NCBI GenBank assembly: GCA_951406725.2
Contig: OX597824.1
Location: 27,962,001 to 28,026,000, forward strand
DNA length: 64,000 nt
Source: Octopus vulgaris
Lineage: Eukaryota
Direction: 5' to 3'
The translations under genes were made by a program, and so were the position numbers. Shown here piece after piece: positions 29,882 through 43,360 of this stretch (its first letter is position 1; every line of letters starts with the position of its first letter). Below the pieces are notes generated by a model. That model was not told the origin of the DNA, did no database searches, and saw only the letters and a program-made list of their open reading frames with translations.

Positions 29882-30812
29882 AGCGTGCGTGTAAGTTTGA
29901 ATGTGTTTGTGTGTTATGCGTTTCTGTGTCTGTGTCGTCTGCGCGTGGTGATCATTCCTTTACGTGGTGGAGCGTAGTGTGGCACAGTGGCTCCATGTAC
30001 GATGCTGTCGGATACGAAGAACTCCTGGGAAGGCCATACATGCTGGCAAATTCAAAGAAAAGAATTCGGAACGAACACTTTAACATAGCTTCAACAACCC
30101 AAACACAAGACATCGTTCTCGTTCACAACAACGATGTTTGGTCTCAATAGAGTTTTGTTGGACAAGACTAGATGCACTGATTAAGCAAGTTCTATTCATA
30201 CATAAACTAGGTTAGTGTCAGATCGGTGCGACTCCCTCATTCGATAATGCCTGTCTTATTTAGTATGAGACCTAGAGGACGGTATTGAAACTATAGCTCG
30301 TGTTTCACTTCTTTGGCTATTGAGATCCACCGAACAGACATCCACACCATCAAAATTTCTTTCAGCTTTAATTTTTAACAGTTGGTTCCTTTTCTTATAA
30401 TTGAAAATCTTAAAGATGATTCGGTGATGACAATGCAAATGTGTTTATTTTTCGATTAAAATACCTATCTGGGACCTGAACGTAAACAGCTGATGCGAAG
30501 CGGTCGCCTTCTCAAGCACGGATGTCTAATCAAAAATGCAGGGTCATTTCTGTGTTCTAGGCGGTATTATTCAGGAATATAAGTGACCATTAGAGAGGAA
30601 TGCGTTAGAAATTGCGGAAAAAATCGAATTATCTCTTATACGGAAAAAGCTTTAAATACACCGAATCTGCATCTAATAATATGGCGTAGATAACACAGAA
30701 AGTAAGGTCACTTTTTACAAAGCGACATGCAATACTTGCCTCCAATGAACGGTTTCATACCAACTTAATATAGCAGATGTGTGTGAAATATGACTTTCAG
30801 GAGAGCGAAAAG

Positions 30813-31058
30813 ATAGACGAAATACCTATTTCTTTACTACCCACGAGGGGCTAAACACAGAGAGGACAAACAAGGACAAACAAACGGATTAAGTCGATTA
30901 TCTCGACCCCAGTGCGTAACTGGTACTTAATTTATCGACCCCGAAAGGACGAAAGGCAAAGTCGACCTCGGCGAATTTGAACCCAGAACGTAACGGCAGA
31001 CGAAATTCTGTTACACATTTCGACTGGCGTGCTAATGTTACTGCCAGCTCGCCGCCTT
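30813..31058 (-). mobile_element. SINE family D, tail joined to an internal D site
   Basis: Full D unit with GACGAAATAC|CTATTTC junction at 30825/30826. Confidence 0.9.
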
Positions 31059-31265
31059 AAAATATTCTTTTCTATCCTAGGCACAGGGCCTCGAAATTTT
31101 GGAGGTGGGGGGCCAGTCGATTAAATCAATCCCAGTACGCAACTGGCTCATAATTCATCGACCCCGAGGTTGATAAATTAAATGCCAGCGAACACTGGGA
31201 TCGATGTAATCGACTAGTCCTCTTCTCCAAAATTCTAGGCCTACAGCCTTTATTAGACGTCGTCG

Positions 31266-31311
<46 letters not shown>

Positions 31312-31374
31312 TATTAATATTATTATTATTATTATTATAATTATCTTTATCATCGTCATTATTATTATTATTCT

Positions 31375-32245
31375 ATGTTTGACTTTTTCTTTATATTTGT
31401 ACAAGTTGGGTTCAAGTTTCACCCAGAGAGCTCAAGAGACAACAGGTTGTAAGTTCGTGTTGTTGTTATGCCTAGTGTGCCATATATTTGGTTTTGTATT
31501 TAGTGTTGTACTAGTGAATGTCTAAAAAAAAAAGGCTTTTGCTTTGTTCTTATACAAGATAATTCCAAGACTCACCCATAGAAGAAGTTCAAGTCGGTGT
31601 TATAACTAGGGTGCCATATATTTGGTTTTGCACATGGTATTTTTCTAGAGAATGTCTGTTCAAACTTAAATAAATTAGAAGTTTGCTTTAAAAGTAATTT
31701 GATTATAAGATGACAGTAACATGTATTTGCTGTTATCTACATTCAAAAGTATTTTGATGCTGTATACAGATTAAAATATTTTGGGGATTACATAGACAAT
31801 ATTTTACGTAGGATGTAGGCAGTTCCCATAAGCACTTTTTGTTGAATATCTTCCAATTTTGTATACTCTTGTACTGTTTTACTGTTTCAGTCTTGAGGTT
31901 CCACATTTTGTCAATTTCTATTTCAAGATATTTGTAATTGCCCAGTTTTTCGTAGATCTTGACAGAATCATTTATAGCGATTGGGAGAAGCATATCGATG
32001 AGGGGGAATGATTTTTGTCTGTAATTCTTTGATATAATGTCTAGCCTATTTGCATCTAACTTTCTGTCAGTTTGAACGGTGAAGTTCCAAAGGAGTGAGA
32101 TGTGGTCATTTTGAAGCACTGGCGGTGGTTTGTATTCCCACCAGTTTTTATAATGAGACAGGTCCAAGTCTTTGCAAATTAACCCGTGAATATATTGTGC
32201 TGCTTCCATCATGCCTGTTGAGATACTCAGAAGATGTAAGGGGCT
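31375..32245 (-). mobile_element. Third R4/Dong-like LINE 3' fragment, ending at (ATT)n
   Basis: ORF 31733-32212 reads AAQYIHGLICKDL...LLWNFTVQTDRKLDANRLDII...YKYLEIEIDKMW. The 3' UTR abuts (ATT)n at 31310-31372. Confidence 0.8.
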
Positions 32246-33167
32246 AACGCAAAGTCGACCTTGGCGGAATTAGAACCTAGAACAGAGGAAATGCTGCTAG
32301 GCATGGAGCCCGGCGTACTAAGAAGAAGATAAAGAAGAAAGAAGAATAGGAAGAAGAAAAAGAAAAAGGACAAGAAGGAGAAGAAGAACAACAAATGTAG
32401 CAATTTATAGAGTAGTCATATCAGACACCACAAACCCGTGGACAACCACACACACACACACAGAACACACACACAAACACGCTCGCAGTCGCACATACAA
32501 CGACATTCAGGAGCACGGTGAAATAATAACAAGAAGAACTAGAATTTGCGGTTGCATATAAGAAGCACTTTACTCCATAAACGAAATCTATTTAGTTTAC
32601 ATTCGAAAAATGCTGTACAAGTCTGAGATCGTTGGTAATTTTATCTAAGTGAGTCTGCATAACAAATTGCTTATCTCACTTGAAATGCTTCGCTGTAAAA
32701 CATATTTATACATGCTCTGGAGATATGAAAGCCATCCATCGAATCAATTATTGGTCGATTTTAATACGCTGAGCAGCCAATATGTAAACAGGTATAGATG
32801 CTGTTTATCAAGTAGAATTTTTCCAATTCTATTAACCACTATTGGCATCGTTACACTAATTCAAATAGAGATTTCCCCAAACCAATCTGAAGTAGATTTG
32901 TCAAATCACGCTCTCCTTCTAATATATCAACCAGCTACAGAATATCAAGTATCGTATAGTAATAAAAAGGAAAAAGAAGGAAATGGCCGTATCTTTCTCG
33001 TTACCGTCATAGAGAATGCTGCAGTCGTCCCCCACCATCTCCACATTAGACAGAGATGCAAATGATGGTGATTGGTAGTATGTATGTATGTATATACGGA
33101 TATATGCATGTATGTATTTATATATATGTATGCATATATATAAATGCATATATATATATATCATATA

Positions 33168-33213
<46 letters not shown>

Positions 33214-33308
33214 CGTATATGTATTCATTAATATTGATGTATATATATATATATACGTACATATATATATATACCTACATATATACGTATATGTATTCAT
33301 TAATATTC

Positions 33309-33354
<46 letters not shown>

Positions 33355-33836
33355 TTATATATATATAGCCGTCTATCTATCTAATAGCGTGTCTTTATAA
33401 TTCTATCTCCGTGCGTGTGTTTGTGTGTGTATATGTACACACATACATGCACATATACATACATATGTTTGCTAGTCAGTGTCTATACATATTCTATATT
33501 GATAAATAAAGTTATCACAGTATTAATAAATAAATAGGAACATAATCAAATAGAGTATCAGGTTTTTCTTCTTCTTGTTCTTCTTGTCTATGAGTAAATA
33601 AATAACTTAAATGGGATGAAAAGAGAGTAAATACGATAAAAATGATATAAAAATGTATAACACATAGACGTAGTAAAAAGAAAGAAATCTTTTTAAGGAA
33701 ATTATTTTTCTCAAAGCTAAAATATCTAAATGTAATTTGTTTTAATGTAAAGGAATTGCATTACATGCGGCAACATACATACACATGCACATATATAATA
33801 CACATACACACACACACACAGACACACACACACACA

Positions 33837-33882
<46 letters not shown>

Positions 33883-33894
33883 TATTATAATTAA

Positions 33895-34278
33895 TAACAA
33901 AAGCACTCAGACAGCTCAAACCTCCGCCAAGGCAACACCAACGTCCTCTCAACGATTAGCCAGAGATGATTTGATGATTTTTAAAATGAGAATATCTGAA
34001 ATAAACTCGTCTGCTCTCACCAACGAGAATACTAAAAATGAACCCGATCGCTCTCAAAAAATTAAATAAAATAACCGGAAAATAAATCCATTATCTTTGT
34101 CCGGGACCGGAATCGATCCCAAACTATAAGCAGTTCGTGTCAATCACAAGGCCAAACACCCTTGAAAGTTTCATCCGAATCCATCCAGCGGTTCTTGAGA
34201 TATCTTGTCCAAGGACAAACTAACAGACAAACACAACTGAAAAACAATGCCTCCGCCCTCGCTAAGGCAGACGTAATA
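33895..34278 (+). mobile_element. Helentron-associated (HINE/DINE-1-like) non-autonomous element
   Basis: ACCTCCGCCAAGG near the 5' end; AAAGTTTCATCCGAATCCATCCAG core; ACAGACAAAC tract; terminal hairpin CCTCCGCC..AAGGCAGACGTAA. Confidence 0.6.
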
Positions 34279-34359
34279 ATATCTTTATAAATATTTTTGA
34301 ATATCTATTCATTTAGTAATATATATGCGCGCACTCGTGCGTATACATATATAAATATA

Positions 34360-34600
34360 TGTTTCAGTTACTGGACTGCGGTTATGCTGGGACATTGCCT
34401 TGAAGAATGTGAAGTCGAATGAATCGACTCTAGTACTTTATTTTTTTTTTCTTTTTATACGTTGTTCTAATTCTAACATTGTTTTTTTTTGTATTTTTTG
34501 CCGAACCGCTAAATTACGAGGACGTGAGCACAACAGTAGTTGAGAGTAACCGGCGGGAGAACAAACACATACACAAAGACACATCTGAAAACACAGACAC
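34360..34600 (-). mobile_element. SINE family A, 3' half (its 5' half is probably at 35245-35360)
   Basis: GTTTCAGTTACTGGACTGCGG...GCCGAACCGCTAA; the head-side sequence resumes after nested insertions. Confidence 0.65.
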
Positions 34601-34656
34601 ACACACATACACACATACACACATTTACATACATATATGTGTGAGAGTCTGTGTGT

Positions 34657-34958
34657 GGAGGCACGATGGCCCAGTGGTTAGAGCAGCGGACTCGCGGTTG
34701 TAGGATCGCTGTTTCGATTCCCACACCGGGCGTTGTGAGTGTTTATTGAGTAAAAACACCTAAAGCTCTACGAGTCTCCGGCAGGGGGTGGTGGCGATCC
34801 CTGCTGTACTCTTTCGCCACAACTTTCTCTAACTCTTTCTTCTGTTGGACTGCTCGCTTAACCAGCGGGGTGGCGTCATTTGAAGGCTAAAAGACGGCGA
34901 AGCTCATTGTGACCAGCGATATGTAGCAACATCTCATCGCCTGGTCAGTCACAGTGAT
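34657..34958 (+). mobile_element. tRNA-derived SINE family C
   Basis: GGAGGCACGATGGCCCAGTGGTTAG...GTTTCGATTCCC; inverted, closely similar copy at 37126-37415. Confidence 0.9.
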
Positions 34959-34974
34959 ATATATATATATATAT

Positions 34975-35230
34975 AATAATAAATATTAGGGAATAAATCC
35001 AAATTTACAGGGAAAATCAGATTTAGGACTGAATCCAATTTTGTAGTAAAATATTATATAATATTAATTAGAGACAAAACCACTATTATGCAAATCAAAC
35101 AAAGAAAGACTTAATCCAATACATAAAAAAATTTATATAAATTAAATAAAATTAAATTCGCCACTATAATTGTTTCGTGTCTCTTCTAAGGACATCCATC
35201 AGGTGGTATTCAGATCTTCTATTCAATTTT
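34975..35230 (-). mobile_element. (TA)n-flanked short repeat with hammerhead-like motif (35161-35206)
   Basis: Minus strand CCAC-CTGATGG-ATGTC-loop-GACAC-GAAA-CAATTA-TA-GTGG. The terminus AATAAATATTAGGGAATAAATCCAAATTTAC also occurs at 29130-29163. Confidence 0.6.
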
Positions 35231-36018
35231 TATATATATATATATACGACGGTCTTATTTTTTGTTTTTGTCTACCAAATACTTTGTCAGTTCGAGGCTA
35301 TAGTTGGAGACACTTGTACAAGGTGCCAGGCAGCCGGACTGAGCCTGGAACCATTTGGTAGGGATGTATAACAATGCACAAATTTCTCTTTGTGCTTCTT
35401 CAAAATAAACCATCACGTGATAACATATTTTTTTAACGTTCTGAATAGAAGGAAAGTATTGTGAGGCAAACAGAATTAATCCTGCATATGTTTGTGCGAT
35501 TCTCTATTTCTCTCAGCAGTAGCTTGACTCCTAAGTATTTGATATTCAGTATTGAAATTCATTTATAATTAAGGAACAAAATTTTATCTATCTCTATTTA
35601 CTGCTTCCATATATACTGCTCAATAAATGTTCAACGTAAGAATCGCAAAACTACACTCATAAAGTAATATCAACGTATTAGTTTTATATATTCATCTGTC
35701 AGCGAACGAAACATGGAGTATCCATGCACTCATGAACCGATGTAGAGCGTTTGTTCTACGAGCTCTTCAATTGCAATTCGTAGATGGCACTGCGTACAGT
35801 ATTTCTCATGGCCAGAAGCTAATAACTGATATTGAGTATTGTAAACGTCTCATTGCAAAATGAGTATTGCAAATTCATTGAGAAATTGTGGACGGAATAT
35901 CAGAGGGGAAGTAATTGCGAATTGAGTGCTACGACCTATACTTTAAACTAATATTAGATTATCTCTTAGTCACATATTCAACGATTGCCCTCTATTAACG
36001 GTGATTATACAACAATGA

Positions 36019-36051
<33 letters not shown>

Positions 36052-36086
36052 TACACAAACTCATGGGTACACATGCATACATATAC

Positions 36087-36189
<103 letters not shown>

Positions 36190-36238
36190 TACATACATTT
36201 ATATATATATATACAGACACACTTATATCTATGTATAC

Positions 36239-36272
<34 letters not shown>

Positions 36273-36511
36273 GACTTTGTCTCATTTCATTTTCTAGTTA
36301 TTGTGTCATATGGTCCAGACAAATGTAGGTGCACTGAAGAATGTTTATTACATTTTCATGCTGTTTCATTGAGAAAGAGTTGTGTACGGAATATTTCAGA
36401 TATTGCTGTACATCAAAATAGGAGATAGGAAAAAAAATTATATTATTTATTCAGCATTACTCGTGTCTCATTTGCTAATAGTTAATAGCATGTAAATTAC
36501 ACAGACACACG

Positions 36512-36593
<82 letters not shown>

Positions 36594-37125
36594 AAATTAG
36601 GGATAAAATCTTTATAAGAAAATATCAGTAGTTAGCGTGAAAAACGTAAGAGAAAAAAATCTGTAAATGTTTCCACTTTGAAAATATTTATTTATATTAT
36701 ATAGAGGGTACTATTATTCCTATGAATAATAGTACCCTCTATATAATAGTACCCTCTATATAATATTAAAAATATATATATATATATACATATATATATG
36801 TACCATGTCCACCGTCCTCAATTACACTCTCTGTCGATTTTCCTGTTTTGTTTCGTTTTGTTTACTCTTGTCCCTAATTCTACGCAAGAAAGATAATATT
36901 TTTTTTTTTTTGGCAGGTAATGCCAGTTAGGAACCATTTTGTCTTATCGTTTAAGATGCGAAACTGAACTGTACCGGTGGTCGATAACCGATGAAGAATT
37001 ATGGACTTTCTGCTTGCCTCCCGTTCGTTTTTACATTCAGTATACGTCACGTCGTATGTTTATGCATTTTTCCATGTATCAATTAATGGAACGCAACACA
37101 CACCGAATGTATATATACATGTATA

Positions 37126-37415
37126 TCACTGTCACGTGACCGAGCAGTCCATCAGGTGTAGTTACACATCGCTGGTCACAATGCGTTCGCATTGTTTTAG
37201 CCTTCGAATGACGCCACCCCGCTGGCTAAGCGAGCAGGCCAACAGAAGAGAGAGTGGTGAAAGAGTACAGCAGGGATCACCACCCCCTGCCGGAGCCTCG
37301 TGGAGCTTTTAGGTGTTTTCGCTCAATAAACACTCACAACACCCGGTCTGGGAATCGAAACCGCGATCCTACGACTGCGAGTCCGCTGCCCTAACAACTA
37401 GGCCATTGCGCCTCC
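37126..37415 (-). mobile_element. SINE family C
   Basis: Reverse complement of the copy at 34657. Confidence 0.9.
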
Positions 37416-37419
37416 ACAT

Positions 37420-37542
<123 letters not shown>

Positions 37543-37599
37543 AGTGTGTGTGGGTGTTTGTGTGCGTGTGTGTTTATATATTTTTTCCTTCTTTCCTTT

Positions 37600-37830
37600 C
37601 GCCCGGATGATGGGCCCGGTTTCCCGGTTTCTGTGGCGTATGTGTTCCCCCCCAGCTGGACGGGACGCCAGTCCATCGCAGCGTTACTCATTTTTGCCAG
37701 CTGAGTGGACTGGAGCAACTTGAAAATAAGTGTTTTGCTCAAGAACACAACGCGTCGCCCGGTCCAGAAATCGAAACCACTATCTTACGATCATGGTGCT
37801 GACATCCTAACCACTAAGCCACGCACCTCC
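37600..37830 (-). mobile_element. SINE family B
   Basis: Reverse complement of 1459-1680. Confidence 0.9.
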
Positions 37831-38129
37831 ACTTTTTTTCTTCCTTCTACCACTCTGAAATAAGACAGTAAGGGAAATTATAATTATTGCTGTCTAATTG
37901 ATGACGGTCATTAAAATGGTATAAGCATGACGTTAAACGTGGTGTTGTTGGTAGTGTTAACGTCACAGTTAATAGGATAGAGTCAGTCGATGTATTAATT
38001 GCCGATGAGGATGTAGAATTCGCAGTATTGGTAGCTAGTGAAGCAGCAGTAGCAGCAGCAGTAGTAGTGGAGGTAGTACTAATAGTAGTCATTGTGTTGG
38101 TGGTCGTGGAGATGGTATTAGTAGTAGTA

Positions 38130-38364
38130 AAGGCGGCGAACTGGCAGAAACGTTAGCCCGTCGGGCGAAATGCGTAGCCCTATTTCGTCTGCCGTTACGT
38201 CCTGAGTTCAAATTCCGCCGTGGTAGACTTTGCCTTTCATCCTTTCGGGGTCGGTAAATTAAGTACCAGTTACGCACTGGGGTCGATGTAATAGACTTAA
38301 TGCGTTTGTCTGTCCTTGTTTGTCCCCTCTGTGTTTAGCCCCTTGATGGTAGTAAAGAAATAGG
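38130..38364 (+). mobile_element. SINE family D inside a (GTA)n tract
   Basis: Full D sequence flanked by AGTAGTAGTA. Confidence 0.9.
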
Positions 38365-38580
38365 CAGTAGTAGTAGTATTAGTAGTAGTAGTAGTAGTTG
38401 TAGTAGTAGTAGTAGTAATAGTAGTAGTGGTAGTGATAGTAGTAGTAGTGGTGGTTGCGGTGATATTGATGATTATAGCTATGGTAGGAACTGTGGTAGT
38501 AGTAGTAGCAGCAGCAGCAGCGGCGGTAGTAATGTTAGCAGCAGTAGCAGCAACAGCAGCAGCAGCAATAGTAGTAGGAT

Positions 38581-38633
<53 letters not shown>

Positions 38634-39323
38634 ATGGTTGTGACAATGGCAATGGTGTTGGTGGTGGCACAGCACTAGTAGCAGTGATAATTATGGTAGT
38701 GGCGTTGGTGGTTATGGCGGTGGTAGTATGGATGTTAGTAGTAATAGGAGTAGGAGTAGGAGGAGTAGGAGTAGAGGTGGTAACGATGGTAGCACATGCT
38801 TGCGGTAACAGCGGTTGCGGTCGTGATGTCACTTCGGCTGTGGAACGTGGTTCTACGCGTATGTTAGAAATTACCAGCTGTATTAATGTCGCCGGAAAAA
38901 TGCTACAAAACCTGGCTGAGTGAATAATGAACGTTAAAATGCTGATTCATTTTGCGATGTTTCGTAGTCGATACGATACGATCTCCTTCTATGGCAATGG
39001 CATATGGAAATTCTATTACACAGACCATGATACGGCTTAGAGCCAGTCACTAGTGAAAAAAGGAAACAAATTTACTTTCACTTTAGATCTTGAATTAGTG
39101 ATGATATATTTGACAAGATGGACATGCCATGTACAAACTTGGCGGCCATGTTTGTTCTTCTATGCAAAGCTTTCATCGATTTACGTTTGCTTCTCTCCTC
39201 CTGCACCTACACCTCATTCCTTTGTTTCTTTTGTATCTTAGTTTTCTCTCTGGCCCCCCCTCTCTCTCTCTCCTTGTCATCATACCTCACTTCTTCTTCT
39301 TCTTCATCTTCTTTTTCTTCTAT

Positions 39324-39418
<95 letters not shown>

Positions 39419-39446
39419 GCTGTTGTTGTTGTTGTTATTATTATTA

Positions 39447-39478
<32 letters not shown>

Positions 39479-40633
39479 TCATTATAATGGTTTTCGTTGG
39501 CTTTCTTATAATTGGTGTCGATCTAATCGTGTATAACCCGCCCGCTTATTTCAGATGAAGAACTAATATTTGAAATGATCATCATCATCATCATCACCAT
39601 CATCATCCCTGTCTCTTCTTCCTGCTCCTGCTCCTGCTCCTCTTCCTGCTTCTCCTCCTCTCCCTGCTGCTGCTGCTGCTGCTCCTCCTCCTTCTTGTTC
39701 TTCTTGTTCTTCCTTTTCTTTTTCTTCTTCTTCTTCTTCTTCTTCTTCTTCTTCTTCTTCTTCTTCTTCTTCTTCTTCTTCTCCTTCTTCTTCTTCTTCT
39801 TCTTCTTCTCTCGGCATCATTGGTTATTATTGTTTTCTGTTCCATCTGTTTCATAATTCATGGATACACTCTCTCACTTCTGTCTTCAAATATAAACAAA
39901 TACCCCTCGCCTCCGCCCCCACATGCACACACACACACTCACACACGCACACGCACACGGCACACAAGCACAAACACGACACACACACACACTCACACAA
40001 ACACACATACAAAACAGAAAGCAGAAAGTGCAACGATGACGTAAAACGATGGACGACAGCGGCTGGAGATGATCAACTAAAGCAGAGAAGATATAAATGC
40101 GATTTTATCATTCCGTTTCATCAATACTGTGGCGGCTAAACGGAATGAATTTTCTCAAGAATTTGCCGAAGCAACGAGATTTTGAGAGATTCTCTGTAGA
40201 AATTCTAATCACTGACAGTCTCAGTAAATTAACCATATTCAGTTATTGGGATAATATAATGAAATTGTTGCGGAAGATCTGTGATTACATGTAGAAGCCT
40301 GAAATTAAAACGAAGCTAAATAAATAAATTCTGTCGAAAGCGGTACTCGAGTTATTAACGGTGTTACTGTAGATGCGGTAATTGTGGAGGCGGTGGTTAC
40401 GCTCGTTGTGGCGGTGTATAGGGTGGCGGGTTTGCATAGTGACGGTTGTAAACACAACGAATTGAAACTAATGTTAGTCAAATTTGCTAACAATTATCAA
40501 TTTTTTTCTTTTTAATATTTTCAAATGATCTCCGATGGGTTTTAGATAGATTTCAAGAAACAATTAATAGATAATCTACCTAATTATAATTATGAAAATC
40601 ACGTCGGTGATAGTGCTGTTGCTGTTGTTCCAA

Positions 40634-40687
<54 letters not shown>

Positions 40688-40711
40688 ATTATTATTATTA
40701 TTATTATTATT

Positions 40712-41214
<503 letters not shown>

Positions 41215-41294
41215 ATTATTATTACTATGACGAAGGCACGGCAGCGATGGCTAAAGCAACAACGACAATAGTGTTTATGATACGTTGCTTTCGT

Positions 41295-42225
41295 ATTTTG
41301 GTACAAGGCCAGCCTTTTTGATACAAACCAGCAATTTGGAGCGGGGTGTATAAGCATCACATCGACCCCAGTATTTATTCAACTGGTACTTATTTCATCG
41401 ACCACGAAAGGATGAAAGTCAAATCGACCTCGGCAGAATTTGAAATCAGAACATGATGAAGGACGATATATCGCTAAACGACTGTACCAGCTCGCCGCCA
41501 GCCATAATTGCGACGACGATATTGGTTTCAAATGTTGGCACTAAGCCAGCAATTTCAGGGGAGGAAACTAGTCATTATTTTTCATTTCTTTATTGCCCAC
41601 AATGGGCTAAACATAGAGGGGACAAATAAGGACAAACAAAAGGATTAAGTCGATTACATCGATCCCAGTGCGTAACTATTACTCAATTTATCGACCCCAG
41701 AGGATGAAAAACAAAGTCGACCTCGGTGGAATTTGAACTCGGAACGTAACGGCAGACGAAATAGCGCTAAGCATTTCGACCGGCGTGCTAACGTTTCCTA
41801 CCAGCTCGCCACCTTTAATGAATTATATCAACTAGTCAATTATATCAACTCCAATGCTCAATTGGTATTTATTTTATTAACCTGGAAAGGATTAAAGGCA
41901 AAATCAACCTAAAAGGAATTCGAATTCAGAACTTGAAGTCAGACGAAATGCCACTACGCATTTTGCCTTGCGTGCTAAAGATTCTGCCAGCGCGCCACTT
42001 TAATGATGCCGGAATTGGTTTCACATTTTGGCACACTTTGGGGAAGAGACAAAGTCGATTAAATCGACGCCATTGCTCTACAGGTATTTCTTTTAGCGGC
42101 CTCGCAAGTATGAATGACAAAGTCTACATCAGCAAAATTTAAATACTGAGCGTGAAGATGAGCTAAATGCTTAGCAGCATTTCACCCAGAGAGCTAAAGA
42201 TTCTAGTACCACACCACCTTAATGA
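41295..42225 (-). mobile_element. Cluster of co-oriented old and young SINE D-type copies
   Basis: Repeated GAAAGGATGAAAG..AAAGTCGACCTCGG..GAATTTGAA blocks; a young copy at about 41580-41815 is nested in an older one. Confidence 0.8.
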
Positions 42226-42410
42226 CGACGATATTAGTAAGAAATAAATATAGTCACGAATTTCAAAAAGGTATCGGTATTCATGCAATTCGTTAGTAAC
42301 GACACCAAGTACATTAAATTGATTAATCAATACCTGCAATGAAATCGAAAGTTAATTTATTTACATTATTTGCATTCGACATATATTTGTCCTCATCTTG
42401 TTTGTTGGTA

Positions 42411-42454
42411 ACACAACGTTTAGGCTGATATACCCTCCAGCCTTCTTCAGGTGT
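42411..42454 (-). ncRNA. Minimal type-I hammerhead ribozyme (GAAA mutated to TAAA)
   Basis: ACAC-CTGAAGA-A-GGCTG-loop-CAGCC-TAAA-CG-TT-GTGT; the sister copy at 43213-43252 has GAAA intact. Confidence 0.7.
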
Positions 42455-42507
42455 CTTGGGGAAATTTCGAACCTGGGATCTCATTCCTAAGGTATTTTTC
42501 GATGTTG

Positions 42508-42582
<75 letters not shown>

Positions 42583-42583
<1 letters not shown>

Positions 42584-42960
42584 TTTTTTTTTCTTCTTTC
42601 AAATTTTCTTCCATTTCTTGCCGGGTATCTTCCGGACTCCTAGGGCAAAGAAACTCATAGTATACATTGGTAGGCCATTAAACCAAACTCAATAGTTCGT
42701 TCATTTAAAAAAAATTTTTTTTAAAAATTAAAATACATGAGCAGCAACAGTTCTCACATCGACAATGCTCTTCTCAATACGTGTAATGTACCAGTTAAGA
42801 CAATCTTTTGCACTTCTTGCAGGGATGGTAAGCCAGGGATCATTCTCATATAATTTTCGGTTCCCTTCTTGATCATTCCTAGTGCTCCTACGATCACTGG
42901 TATTGTAACCGCCTTGAGATGCCACATTTTCTCAATTTCAATGAGTAGGTCTTTATATTT
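42583..42960 (-). mobile_element. Dong-like LINE 3' end inserted in (TAA)n
   Basis: KYKDLLIEIEKMWHLKAVTIPVIVGALGMIKKG...RALSM with (TAA)n on both sides. Confidence 0.85.
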
Positions 42961-43018
42961 ATTATTATTATTATTAATAATAATTATTATTATTATTAAT
43001 ATTATGAGTAGGTCTTTA

Positions 43019-43083
<65 letters not shown>

Positions 43084-43200
43084 GTTGTTGTTGTTGTTGT
43101 TGTTGTTTTTGTTGTTGTTGCTGTTCAGGTCAATGCTTGGAATCGACGTTGGAATCTTGGGGTTAGTAGGTCGCAGTCTTAACCTCTACGCCATATGACC

Positions 43201-43360
43201 GAAATTTCCCTGGGACAAGAAGGTTGGAGGGTATATCAACCGAAACGTTGGATTAACAACAAACTAGATGAGGACAAATATCCGTCGAATGTAAATAATA
43301 TAAATAATGTAAATAATGTAGATAACGTACATAATTCCTCATCTCTTAAATATAGAACTG
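43201..43360 (+). mobile_element. Inverted partial copy of the hammerhead-bearing tail
   Basis: Reverse complement of 42355-42468. Confidence 0.8.

Larger units (their letters stand above)
42352..43200 (-). mobile_element. Putative tRNA-headed SINE with hammerhead tail, interrupted by a Dong-like insertion
   Basis: tRNA-like head 43200-43124, (AAC/AAT)n linker, body 42510-42352 containing a hammerhead at 42411-42454. Confidence 0.6.
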
